A stretch of 32,235 nt of DNA from Chitinophagales bacterium (GCA_044368545.1 JBIPPG010000003.1:1-32235), one strand, 5' to 3'; shown: positions 1 to 8,330, numbered from the stretch's first letter. The notes: generated from the sequence alone by a model not told the origin. Program-made: numbers and translations.

Positions 1-266
1 TTTTACAAAGCGTCTAGTTTCGTCCTACAAAACTCATATAAGTGTAAAGACAAGCTTGTTTTAAGTGCATTTTATGGTATAACACACACCGTTCTATATA
101 ATTTTTGGATTTATGGAATCATTTACTTCGCTCATCAAATCAAATAGTGAGAAAAATATGAATTCCTCGCGTTTTTATTTTCAATAAATGATCTGTCAAT
201 CACAGTTCAAATCTGTATGTCTAAAAACATACAGATAATAAAAAATAAAATTCATAAAAAAAGTTT

Positions 267-1193
267 TTAAGCATCTATTTCTATATCAAATTGAACTAAG
301 CCTACAAATTGCTCAATTCTTTCGTTGATTTCATCCATCGTCAATTCTTTCAATCGTTCTGTTCCAAATTTTTCACAACAAAAACTAGCCATAGCCGAAC
401 CATAAATAATAGCGCGCTTCATATTGTCAAAAGAAATGTCGCCACTTTTGGCTATATATCCCAAAAATCCTCCAGCAAAAGTATCACCAGCACCCGTAGG
501 ATCAAAAACATCTTCTAAAGGCAACGCGGGTGCAAAGAAAATTTGTTTTTCGTGAAACAACAATGCGCCGTGTTCTCCTTTTTTGATAATCAAATATTTA
601 GGCCCCATTTCAAGAATTTTGTTCGCTGCCTTTACCAATGAGTATTCGCCCGACAATTGTCTTGCCTCCATATCATTAATGGTCAAAACATCTACTTTTT
701 TCAACACGGCTTTCAAATTATCAAGTGCTACATCCATCCAAAAATTCATCGTATCAAGCACTACTAATTTTGGTCTTGTAGTCATTTGATCCAACACTTT
801 CATTTGAAGCGATGGGTCAATATTTCCCAAAAGTACGTACTCCGAATTTTTATAAGAATCTGGCAAAATGGGGTTGAACTCAAGCAATACATTCAAATCT
901 GTAGCTAATGTATCTCTGCTATTCATATCCATATGATAGCTTCCACTCCAGAAAAACGATTTTCCGTCTTGTTTGATTTCTATACCTTCGGTGTTTGCGC
1001 CTCTTTTTCTCAACTCTTCCAATTCTGCCATATCAAAATCGCCTCCTATTATCGAAACCATATTTACAGGCTTGTAAAAATAAGATGCCGAATAAGCAAT
1101 ATATGTGGCAGCGCCTCCCACGATTTTATCTGTTTGTCCAAAGGGTGTTTTGATAGCGTCAAACGCCACCGTTCCAACTACGGTAATACTCAT
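267..1193 (-). CDS. PfkB/ribokinase-family carbohydrate or nucleoside kinase
   Basis: 308 aa; N-terminal GGAATY motif and C-terminal DPTGAGDTFAGG PfkB signature. Confidence 0.93.
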   Translation of the reverse strand: MSITVVGTVAFDAIKTPFGQTDKIVGGAATYIAYSASYFYKPVNMVSIIGGDFDMAELEELRKRGANTEGIEIKQDGKSFFWSGSYHMDMNSRDTLATDLNVLLEFNPILPDSYKNSEYVLLGNIDPSLQMKVLDQMTTRPKLVVLDTMNFWMDVALDNLKAVLKKVDVLTINDMEARQLSGEYSLVKAANKILEMGPKYLIIKKGEHGALLFHEKQIFFAPALPLEDVFDPTGAGDTFAGGFLGYIAKSGDISFDNMKRAIIYGSAMASFCCEKFGTERLKELTMDEINERIEQFVGLVQFDIEIDA

Positions 1194-1212
1194 ATTATAT
1201 TTTAATTTTTGG

Positions 1213-1220
1213 CAAAATTA
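1213..1220 (-). promoter_or_regulatory. Bacteroidota housekeeping -7 box (TAATTTTG) for the PfkB gene
   Basis: Matches TAnnTTTG on the minus strand, 19 nt before the ATG. Confidence 0.55.
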
Positions 1221-1408
1221 AGTTATTTTATCTTACTTGTTCAAAATTAAAGAAAAATGACAATATTTTATGTCAAAAAAACAAGAAATTATTATTTTTA
1301 ATAAAAAAATAATACCTTATAATTTGTTGTATTTCAAACATATCTATATTTAAGTTAAAAAAAAACGTAATTATTTTTGAAAAAAAAACATAATTATCAA
1401 AAAAGTAT

Positions 1409-1416
1409 TATATTTG
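1409..1416 (+). promoter_or_regulatory. -7 box (TATATTTG) upstream of the tRNA-Asn repeat cluster
   Basis: TAnnTTTG consensus about 23 nt before the first tRNA-like unit at 1440. Confidence 0.6.
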
Positions 1417-1439
1417 CACTCGTTTTTATTTAAAAACAT

Positions 1440-1602
1440 TCTTACTTAGCTCTATTGTTAGAGTCCCGTATGTACGGGATTAATCAGAGGGGAAAAGTAA
1501 GAAAAAAAATAAAAATTATTCTTCCTTAGCTCAGTTGGTTAGAGTCCCGTATGTACGGGATTAATCAGAAGGGGAAAAGTAAGAAAAAAGAATAAAAATT
1601 AT
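1440..1602 (+). repeat. Two tandem ~80-83 bp units: tRNA-Asn 5' fragment with hairpin replacement plus A-rich leader
   Basis: Units 1440-1519 and 1520-1602. Each has the acceptor 5' strand and D-arm, then TCCCGTATGTACGGGA (1464-1479; 1545-1560), then TTAATCAGA, then the same GAAAAGTAAGAAAAAA..ATAAAAATTAT leader that precedes the intact tRNA. Confidence 0.92.
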
Positions 1603-1676
1603 TCTTCCTTAGCTCAGTTGGTTAGAGCATCTGACTGTTAATCAGAGGGTCGCTGGTTCAAGTCCAGCAGGGAGAG
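1603..1676 (+). tRNA. tRNA-Asn (GTT)
   Basis: Full cloverleaf: acceptor TCTTCCT/AGGGAGA, D-stem GCTC/GAGC, anticodon stem TCTGA/TCAGA with GTT at 1637-1639, T-arm GCTGG-TTCAAGT-CCAGC, discriminator G; CCA not encoded. Confidence 0.97.
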
Positions 1677-1689
1677 CACCTTTAAAATC

Positions 1690-1717
1690 AAGCCTTGACA
1701 CTAGTCAGGGCTTTTTT
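1690..1717 (+). terminator. Rho-independent terminator after tRNA-Asn
   Basis: AAGCCTTGAC-acta-GTCAGGGCTT hairpin followed by a T run. Confidence 0.85.
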
Positions 1718-1773
1718 GTTTTTTGGTGGTGTTATATTTTTAACTACTTTTTTAAAATTTTAAATTTTCATCT

Positions 1774-2079
1774 ATGTTTTACATCTATATTATTTATTCC
1801 AATACCGCTGAAAAATTCTATGTTGGGCATTCCGAAAATCCGTGGGATAGACTTATCCAACACAATGAAAACGAAGGAGACAAATATACGGGCAAATATC
1901 AAAATTGGGAATTGAAAGCTGTTTTTCAAGTTTCCGAAAATCGTGGCGAAGCGCTCTTAATCGAAAAATTTATCAAAAAACAAAAAAGTAAAAAACTTTT
2001 GTTAAAATTAATTGAACCCAACTTTGTTCCTACGGGAGACTTAGCTCAGTTGGTTAGAGTCCCGTACGTACGGGATTAA
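1774..2079 (+). CDS. Stand-alone GIY-YIG nuclease (copy 1)
   Basis: 101 aa; FYIYII..FYVGHS..RLIQHN..EALLIEKFIK motifs of short GIY-YIG proteins; last 12 codons overlap a tRNA-Asn-derived sequence. Confidence 0.9.
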   Translation: MFYIYIIYSNTAEKFYVGHSENPWDRLIQHNENEGDKYTGKYQNWELKAVFQVSENRGEALLIEKFIKKQKSKKLLLKLIEPNFVPTGDLAQLVRVPYVRD

Positions 2080-2121
2080 TCCGAGGGTCGTCCCGTTGGT
2101 GCGGAATCCAGCAGGGAGAGC
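2041..2121 (+). pseudogene. Pseudo-tRNA-Asn with two 16-nt hairpin replacements
   Basis: Colinear with the intact tRNA at 2041-2059, 2076-2090 (1 mismatch) and 2107-2121. Segments 2060-2075 (TCCCGTACGTACGGGA) and 2091-2106 (TCCCGTTGGTGCGGAA) replace CATCTGACTG and CTGGTTCAAG. Confidence 0.9.
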
Positions 2122-2150
2122 CTAGCAAAATCAAACCTTGAAAAGAGCTG

Positions 2151-2178
2151 AGCCTTTTTATTATTAAATAAAAAGGCT
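2151..2178. terminator. 12-bp inverted repeat, possible terminator after the pseudo-tRNA
   Basis: AGCCTTTTTATT-atta-AATAAAAAGGCT. Confidence 0.5.
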
Positions 2179-2361
2179 AATTCTAATTTAATTACTTAAA
2201 TTTTCGGGTGAATTTCATTTAAATCCTTAATTTAAGCATAACGACAGTTTTCTAATTGTGGCATATTAGAACTTTAAATAATTAAGAATTAATTTATTGT
2301 ATATTTTTTGATTTGCACATGAAAAATTTTTTAGAGTATTTTTATAAAATATTTAAAAAAA

Positions 2362-2388
2362 GTTTACCTTTTATAGTTTTTTCAGACT
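2362..2388 (+). promoter_or_regulatory. Putative ECF-sigma autoregulatory promoter GTTTACCTTTTA-N10-AGACT
   Basis: Bipartite motif 10 nt before the sigma ATG; same words and spacing at 6026-6052 and 7388-7414. Confidence 0.7.
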
Positions 2389-2398
2389 ATAAGAATAT

Positions 2399-2947
2399 AT
2401 GGATAAAAAAAGAATAGAAAAAATAAGGAATGGAGATTTAGCTGAGCTAGATGAAATTTACTTAGAAATGAAACCCAAATTTATAAATTTTGTTCAAACA
2501 AATTTTAAAATGGTTCCATTTGATGAAATTGAAGATTTATATCAAGAAACAATCATTGCATTTTATCAAAATATAAAGAAAGAAAAACTTATTGAAATTA
2601 ATACAAGTTTGTTGGCATACATTTTAAAAATAGGCAAAAACAAGTTGATAACATACATAAATGAACAAAAAAAGTTCAATGATAACATAGGATTTTATGC
2701 TGAAAATGCAATAGCTAAAGACGAATATGACAATAAAATAGATACAGCGGTACGGTTTATATTAAACAAAATGCCTGATTCTTGTAAAAAAATTATAAAT
2801 TTGTTTTATTTTGAAAAGAAATCAATGGACGAAATTGCATTAATTTTGGGGTACAAAAATTCAGATGTGGCGAAATCTAGGAAAAATAAATGTATTTCAA
2901 ATTTAAGTGATCATGCTAATAAAATTTATTTAGATGATGAAGATTAG
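2399..2947 (+). CDS. ECF-type sigma-70 factor
   Basis: 182 aa; region 2 (EDLYQETIIAFY..LLAYILKIGKN) and region 4 HTH (LFYFEKKSMDEIALILGY..AKSRKNKC). Confidence 0.92.
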   Translation: MDKKRIEKIRNGDLAELDEIYLEMKPKFINFVQTNFKMVPFDEIEDLYQETIIAFYQNIKKEKLIEINTSLLAYILKIGKNKLITYINEQKKFNDNIGFYAENAIAKDEYDNKIDTAVRFILNKMPDSCKKIINLFYFEKKSMDEIALILGYKNSDVAKSRKNKCISNLSDHANKIYLDDED

Positions 2948-3683
2948 TGATTATAACCTTACGGATAATGATATAAATCATTTTGATGATTTATATTCAA
3001 GAAAATTAACAGAAGAAGAATATTATATTTTAATAGCAAAATTAGAATTGGATGAAGTTTATAGACATAAATATAAATTATATAGCTCATTTTTAAAAGA
3101 AGTGAATTATGATGCTTATTCTTCAAAAATTCTAAAAGAGAGATTTGAACGAGTTAAATATAAAACATCAAGAAGAAAAAAAATATTCAGATTCTATATC
3201 TCTTTTGCGGTGATTTGTTTTTTTTTTACTTTTCTGTTTTATTTAAATTTTATTAATATTTCAGATAGTGAATTATATAATTATTATAAAGATGTTGAAA
3301 TCGGTATACCAATAAAAATGGGTGTTAAAGAAGCTTCAGCAATGGATTCATTAATGATTTTAGTCGCTACTAATAAATATAACAAAGCAATTAATCTGCT
3401 TTCTAATATGCCCAAAACAGATACTTCCGAATATTTTAAAGGAATATGTTATGAAAGATTAAATAAACTAGACGAGGCATTGATAATTTATAATACTAAT
3501 CTAAATTCTAAAGATAAAATACTAAAAGACAAGTCAAATTTCAGAATCGGTTTAATTTATTTAAAATTAAACGACAAAAGATCAGAGATTGTTTTTAGTA
3601 ATATTGCCAAAGATTCTTTGAATGATTATCAAGGTCATGCAATTAATATAATCAATCAATCAAAGTTTAAACTATTTCCATAG
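2934..3683 (+). CDS. Single-pass membrane TPR protein, probable anti-sigma factor
   Basis: Overlaps the sigma 3' end; soluble N-terminus, one hydrophobic helix (FYISFAVICFFFTFLFYLNFI), C-terminal TPR-like repeats (YFKGICYERLNKLDEA; FRIGLIYLKLN). Confidence 0.7.
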   Translation: MMKISDYNLTDNDINHFDDLYSRKLTEEEYYILIAKLELDEVYRHKYKLYSSFLKEVNYDAYSSKILKERFERVKYKTSRRKKIFRFYISFAVICFFFTFLFYLNFINISDSELYNYYKDVEIGIPIKMGVKEASAMDSLMILVATNKYNKAINLLSNMPKTDTSEYFKGICYERLNKLDEALIIYNTNLNSKDKILKDKSNFRIGLIYLKLNDKRSEIVFSNIAKDSLNDYQGHAINIINQSKFKLFP

Positions 3684-5974
3684 CTATTAAAACTTGACCA
3701 ATAATATGGATTTGACCATTCAGAGGGAAGGGATTCAAATAGGATTTTCTTTTTAGCAATTCTCAATGATTCATTTATATTTTTACCTTTTTTTAGCTCA
3801 GAATAGAACAGTTTAAAAAGTTCGGTGCTCGATTGATTATCAACATCCCACAGCGATGAAATAACATTATTTGAACCGCTATATAAAAACATTCGACTTA
3901 AGGATAATATACCTTCGGATTTTACATATTTTCCATTATTACTTTTACATCCATGAAGAATCACAAGTTGGGGAACTTGTTTTAAATTGCTTTTATTTGT
4001 TAATTTAAATTTACCAACATGGTATTCCTGTTGTTTTTTTTCATTTTCTACCGTATGTCCAATTATATGAAGAATACCCGATGAAGTTAGTTTAGGATCA
4101 TTTATTTTTGTATTTAAATTGTCTTTGATCCAATTGATTAACTGATTATTAAATGGTAAAGTAGACGTGTCTTTTTCTGTATACCATACATTAACAAATA
4201 AATTATTGTCTTTTGGTTTTTCTAAAAGCATAGTTAACGAGGGAATTAATAAAATATCTTTTGATTTTATTAAGTAGTTTAAATCTTTCCATCTTAGTTT
4301 TTTAAAAGTATCAATAACTAATGCATCAAATGGTATTTTTTCCATTATTTCATCAGAGCAAATTATAATATTTTTTGTTTTTATTTTATCTAGATAAAGT
4401 CTTTTATATATGTTAAAAGCTTTTTTTTGATAATAACTTACATTTTTATTTTCAAGAGATTTATATAACGTATCTATATCTTCAGGGCTAAGAATAGGGT
4501 TTAAGGAGTCAACAATTACTTTTAATCCATTTTCATCTATGAAGGAATAAATTGTTTTATTACCGTATAAAATTTGATAATCAATTATAGTTGACTTTGA
4601 TTCTTTACAATATAAAATTAGTTGGTTTACATCCGATTTTGTGAGCTTAACTTTATAATTAAAATTGAAGTTGGGTTCATTTAAATTTTTCAGTTTGTGA
4701 ATGTTTTTATCTGCAAATGCTTCATACTTTTTATTGTTGTTTTTAATTCCAAATGCTTTTATTTCTAGAAGGGTTATATAAAGCTTTAAAACTTTTCTAT
4801 AATAATCTCCATAGGTTTCTTTTAATTGTTTGATATGTTTAATAAGAGGATATTTAGTTTCTTGAGATAGATTTAGTAATTCTAGAGGTTTTATTTTGTA
4901 TAAGGGATTGTTAATTTTGTTTTGTATTTCCAGTTCAATTGCGAATTGAGAGTAATATTCTTTTACGTCTAAACCTAATCCAGAATATAACGAAATGAGA
5001 CTTTTTGTATATATTATTGACTTATGGATTTTAATTAAACTATCCATTTTTTTTATGCTTTCAACGTCAAACTTATAATGAATTTTTTCAATATAATTAT
5101 TTAAAGCCATCGTAGCAGTAACCGCGTTTATAGTAAAAGTGGCATTAGAATCACTGTAAACAATCGATTGGTCGATGGCTTTTTGAAAGTAAGGAAGTTG
5201 TGATTTATTCTTACAGCGCATTAAAACACCTGTTATAATGTTATTCATGCTAAGATTTGTATAACTAATCGGCGTCATATTTAACGTAACTTTTTTTTCT
5301 TTTCCATAATAATATAAAGCTTGTTTAAAATATTCATCATTAGAAATTTCTGAATGCGCCATATTGTTATAACTATTTCCTGTTTTCCTGTATACGCTAA
5401 TTCTTAAGTGGTCACTTAAGTTATATTTGTTGATTAAGTAATTTGCTTTTTTGTAATGCGTTATGGCGACAGAATAGTTGCCTAACACATGATTTAAATA
5501 ACCCTTTGAAATTTCAATTCTGGCTTCGTTAACATTACTATAGTTAGTCTTCAAATGACTTGAAAGTGTGTCTAAAAATAAAGAAGCTAATTGACCGTCA
5601 TTTAAAGATATCGCATCATTAAATTTATGAATTAATTTGTCAAAGTATTTTGTTTCTACATTGACATTATTAAGAAATTCCATTGAAAAATTATACAACC
5701 CAAAATTAAAGAGAGTCTTTGAAAGTGCAAGTTTTTCATCTTGGCTGTAATATTTAAGAGAATCCTCGATTCTTGCATACACAATATTTTCGGCACCATT
5801 TGATAATACTTCAAAAACAGTGTTATTTCGATTTATTTCCTCAACGATTTCTTTGGTGTTAATTTCAATTTCTTGGATTTTTTTTTCAATATGTTTCTCT
5901 TTTTGAGAATTGTCAAAACAACTGGATAATGATAAAATTATAAAAAGATAAAATGTTTTTATGACTATTTTCAT
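3656..5974 (-). CDS. CHAT (caspase-like) domain lipoprotein with N-terminal TPR-like region
   Basis: Lipobox LSSC; TPR-like GYLNHVLGNYSVAITHYKKA; CHAT motifs IPFDAL, ILHIIGH (His), LVILHGCKS (Cys), SLWDVD, PYYWSSF. Confidence 0.88.
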   Translation of the reverse strand: MKIVIKTFYLFIILSLSSCFDNSQKEKHIEKKIQEIEINTKEIVEEINRNNTVFEVLSNGAENIVYARIEDSLKYYSQDEKLALSKTLFNFGLYNFSMEFLNNVNVETKYFDKLIHKFNDAISLNDGQLASLFLDTLSSHLKTNYSNVNEARIEISKGYLNHVLGNYSVAITHYKKANYLINKYNLSDHLRISVYRKTGNSYNNMAHSEISNDEYFKQALYYYGKEKKVTLNMTPISYTNLSMNNIITGVLMRCKNKSQLPYFQKAIDQSIVYSDSNATFTINAVTATMALNNYIEKIHYKFDVESIKKMDSLIKIHKSIIYTKSLISLYSGLGLDVKEYYSQFAIELEIQNKINNPLYKIKPLELLNLSQETKYPLIKHIKQLKETYGDYYRKVLKLYITLLEIKAFGIKNNNKKYEAFADKNIHKLKNLNEPNFNFNYKVKLTKSDVNQLILYCKESKSTIIDYQILYGNKTIYSFIDENGLKVIVDSLNPILSPEDIDTLYKSLENKNVSYYQKKAFNIYKRLYLDKIKTKNIIICSDEIMEKIPFDALVIDTFKKLRWKDLNYLIKSKDILLIPSLTMLLEKPKDNNLFVNVWYTEKDTSTLPFNNQLINWIKDNLNTKINDPKLTSSGILHIIGHTVENEKKQQEYHVGKFKLTNKSNLKQVPQLVILHGCKSNNGKYVKSEGILSLSRMFLYSGSNNVISSLWDVDNQSSTELFKLFYSELKKGKNINESLRIAKKKILFESLPSEWSNPYYWSSFNSYGNSLNFD

Positions 5975-6024
5975 AGCACAAATTTAATTTTTTTAATTAA
6001 AATAAAAATAAAATTTGAAAAAAA

Positions 6025-6069
6025 TGTTTACCTTTTAATTAAAAATTAGACTTAACTATATAATCTAAA
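6025..6069 (+). promoter_or_regulatory. 45-bp exact direct repeat, copy 1, containing the putative ECF promoter
   Basis: TGTTTACCTTTTAATTAAAAATTAGACTTAACTATATAATCTAAA, identical to 7387-7431. Confidence 0.8.
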
Positions 6070-6079
6070 TTTTAAAATT

Positions 6080-7369
6080 ATGTCAAATCAATTATTAAGA
6101 GATAAAAAACATATTTCTAACATAATAATAATCAATAAAAACTTGCTTTTATTAACTCTCATAATATTATCACAAAATATCAATTCTCAAATTCCAAATT
6201 ATCTTCCTCTAAAGGATCTAGTTTGTTGGTATCCATTTAATGGAAATTCTTTAGATGAGAGTGGAAATGCATATCATTGTTATAATAATGGAGTATCTTT
6301 AACAAACGACAGATTAAATATCCCAAATAGTGCTTATTTATTTAATGGAAATGGTCTTATAAATTCACAACAAAATCATATAAATGCAGATGATCAAGTT
6401 ACAATGGCGGTGTGGTTTAAATTTACAGAAGTGACATCTGGAGATTTATTAGGTATTACTTTAGTTCATAATGGTCAACTTTTTAAGGCGTTTGGTTTAG
6501 CCGCATCAACATCTTCAAACCTGCTAACTGGACATGCAATGAATCAAACTTTTATATTAAATAAAAATGTTATTACACCTGGATGGAATCATGCAATACT
6601 ATCTTGGGATGGATTTATGCTAAGGATGTATCATAATGGTCAATGTATAGATAGTGCAAATTTTCAATCTAGCGGGTTAGGATATAGTTGTGGAATCAAT
6701 ATAGGAGGAAGTTTATATTATACTAATTCTAAGTACAAAGGTGTAATGGATGATGTTGTTTTTTGGAAAAGAGCACTTACATTAAAGGAGATTAAAAAGT
6801 TATATAGCTCTTGCAATGATAAAATAACCTTGAATCCAGTTAATCAAACAGTTGATGTAGGAGGATCGGCGCAATTTACAGTAGGTTACTCAAACTCTTC
6901 ACCTATATATAAGTGGCAAACTAGCTTAGGAGTAGGTTTTCAGGATTTAAATAATTCTGGACAATACAGTGGAGTAAATACATTTACCCTAAAGGTTAAT
7001 GATTTAACAATAGCTAATAATAATCAATTATTTAGATGTATAATTACAAACGGTAATTGTATCGATACGTCAGCAATCGTCTCTTTAAGTGTTAAAAATA
7101 ATTCAAATATTATTAATTATTTTCAAAATGAAATAGAATTAAATATATCTAAAAATTCAATTAATGTTGAGTTAAATGATTTTGTTTTAAAAAAATGTTG
7201 TTATCTCAAAATTAATAATTTATTAGGTCAGACTATTTTAAAGGAAAACATCATAAATAAAAAATCAGAATTTAACATCTCTAATTTTAAAAATGATAAT
7301 TTTTTGATTCTACAAATTTTTGATCAAAAAGAAAATTTGTTAAAACAACATAAGATTATTCTTTTTTAA
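6080..7369 (+). CDS. Secreted LamG-like jelly-roll + Ig-like protein with probable T9SS C-terminal domain
   Basis: Signal-like N-terminus; LVCWYPFNGNSLDESGN..WNH..MYHNG..YKGVMDDVVFWKRAL (LamG-like); PVNQTV..YKWQ..FRCII (Ig-like); INNLLGQ..FNISNF..LILQI..HKII (type A CTD-like). Confidence 0.8.
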   Translation: MSNQLLRDKKHISNIIIINKNLLLLTLIILSQNINSQIPNYLPLKDLVCWYPFNGNSLDESGNAYHCYNNGVSLTNDRLNIPNSAYLFNGNGLINSQQNHINADDQVTMAVWFKFTEVTSGDLLGITLVHNGQLFKAFGLAASTSSNLLTGHAMNQTFILNKNVITPGWNHAILSWDGFMLRMYHNGQCIDSANFQSSGLGYSCGINIGGSLYYTNSKYKGVMDDVVFWKRALTLKEIKKLYSSCNDKITLNPVNQTVDVGGSAQFTVGYSNSSPIYKWQTSLGVGFQDLNNSGQYSGVNTFTLKVNDLTIANNNQLFRCIITNGNCIDTSAIVSLSVKNNSNIINYFQNEIELNISKNSINVELNDFVLKKCCYLKINNLLGQTILKENIINKKSEFNISNFKNDNFLILQIFDQKENLLKQHKIILF

Positions 7370-7386
7370 AGTTTAAAAACATGAAT

Positions 7387-7431
7387 TGTTTACCTTTTAA
7401 TTAAAAATTAGACTTAACTATATAATCTAAA
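7387..7431 (+). promoter_or_regulatory. 45-bp exact direct repeat, copy 2, containing the putative ECF promoter
   Basis: Identical to 6025-6069; 17 nt before the ATG at 7449. Confidence 0.8.
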
Positions 7432-7448
7432 ATCAAAAAAATAAAGTT

Positions 7449-8330
7449 ATGAAATTTATAAAAAAAAATATAATACTTCTAATGAGCTCGTTGTTTTTAA
7501 TTTCAACTGGATGTAAAAAAGAGAACGCAGGATTATTGCCCGTTATAGAAACTAGCGTTTTATTAGAACTAACTTCCGTTTCTACTGCAAATAGTGGTGG
7601 AACTATAACGAGTGAGGGAAGTTCAAAAGTTAAAGCAAGAGGGGTTTGTTGGTCATTAACAAGAAATCCAACAATTTCTGACCCTCATTCAGAAGATGGT
7701 GCAGGTGCTGGAGTATTTGAAAGTAAAATTCATGGCATGCAGCCATTCGCAACATATTACATAAGAGCTTATGCCACAAATAATGAAGGAACTTCTTACG
7801 GTTCTGAAAAGTCAATTACAACCAAGGTTTCAATAGGAGAATTTTATAAAGGAGGTATAGTTTATGATGTATCAGATAATGGCGAAATTTTTATCTGTTC
7901 GGAGCTTGACCAAAGCGAAGGTATAATTTTTGGTGAAGTAAAAAGATTATATACAACTTCTGGGCTTTCTTTGAAGGAAAGTAACGACACAATTATTTCA
8001 AATACAGCAGAAACATCAACAATTGCAGCTACTTTGTGTAAGGATTTAAATTTGAATGGATATAATGATTGGTTACTACCTTCTGCAAATGATTGGTCTA
8101 AAATTCGTAAAAATTTAGTTTATAAAGGGCTTGGTAATTTTTCAAACGGAAGCAGCTACTGGAGTTCAACTATATGGATAAAATCGCAAACGTTTATGCA
8201 GCAAACCAATAAAACGAATGTTATTTATTGTGCAGAATTAGATAATAATGTTCTAGCTCCTACTGGATCGACAATACCCTTAGGTGGTTCTATAACTAAA
8301 AGAGTAAGAGCAGTTAGGGTTGAAAAATAA
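7449..8330 (+). CDS. Lipoprotein with FN3-like domain and DUF1566/Lcl-like C-terminal domain
   Basis: Lipobox STGC-KKE; RGVCWS..YYIRAYATN..GTSYG (FN3-like); GYNDWLLPS..YWSST..RVRAVR (DUF1566-like). Confidence 0.78.
   Translation: MKFIKKNIILLMSSLFLISTGCKKENAGLLPVIETSVLLELTSVSTANSGGTITSEGSSKVKARGVCWSLTRNPTISDPHSEDGAGAGVFESKIHGMQPFATYYIRAYATNNEGTSYGSEKSITTKVSIGEFYKGGIVYDVSDNGEIFICSELDQSEGIIFGEVKRLYTTSGLSLKESNDTIISNTAETSTIAATLCKDLNLNGYNDWLLPSANDWSKIRKNLVYKGLGNFSNGSSYWSSTIWIKSQTFMQQTNKTNVIYCAELDNNVLAPTGSTIPLGGSITKRVRAVRVEK

Noticed and set aside
2-48. Hammerhead-ribozyme-like string on the minus strand (TTTACA..ATGAG-TTTTGTAGGAC-GAAAC..TGTAAA)
   Set aside because: The conserved CUGAUGA core reads CUUAUAUGA and there is no NUH cleavage triplet in the right place; at best degenerate. 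An Rfam covariance search would settle it.
1-240. Possible partial CDS at the left edge and hairpin ATCTGTATGT/ACATACAGAT at 211-236
   Set aside because: No recognisable protein in the frames I read; the hairpin lacks a convincing T-tail, so it is not called.
1440-1602. Repeat units as a CRISPR array
   Set aside because: The would-be spacers are themselves repeated, the repeats derive from tRNA-Asn, and no cas genes are present.
2060-2106. Hairpins as tRNA introns
   Set aside because: They replace 10 nt of essential tRNA sequence (anticodon stem plus the anticodon G; T-arm), so excision could not restore a tRNA; the acceptor 5' strand is also missing.
7449-8330. DUF1566-like lipoprotein as a diversity-generating retroelement target
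   Set aside because: No reverse transcriptase and no template repeat of its 3' end were seen in the window.
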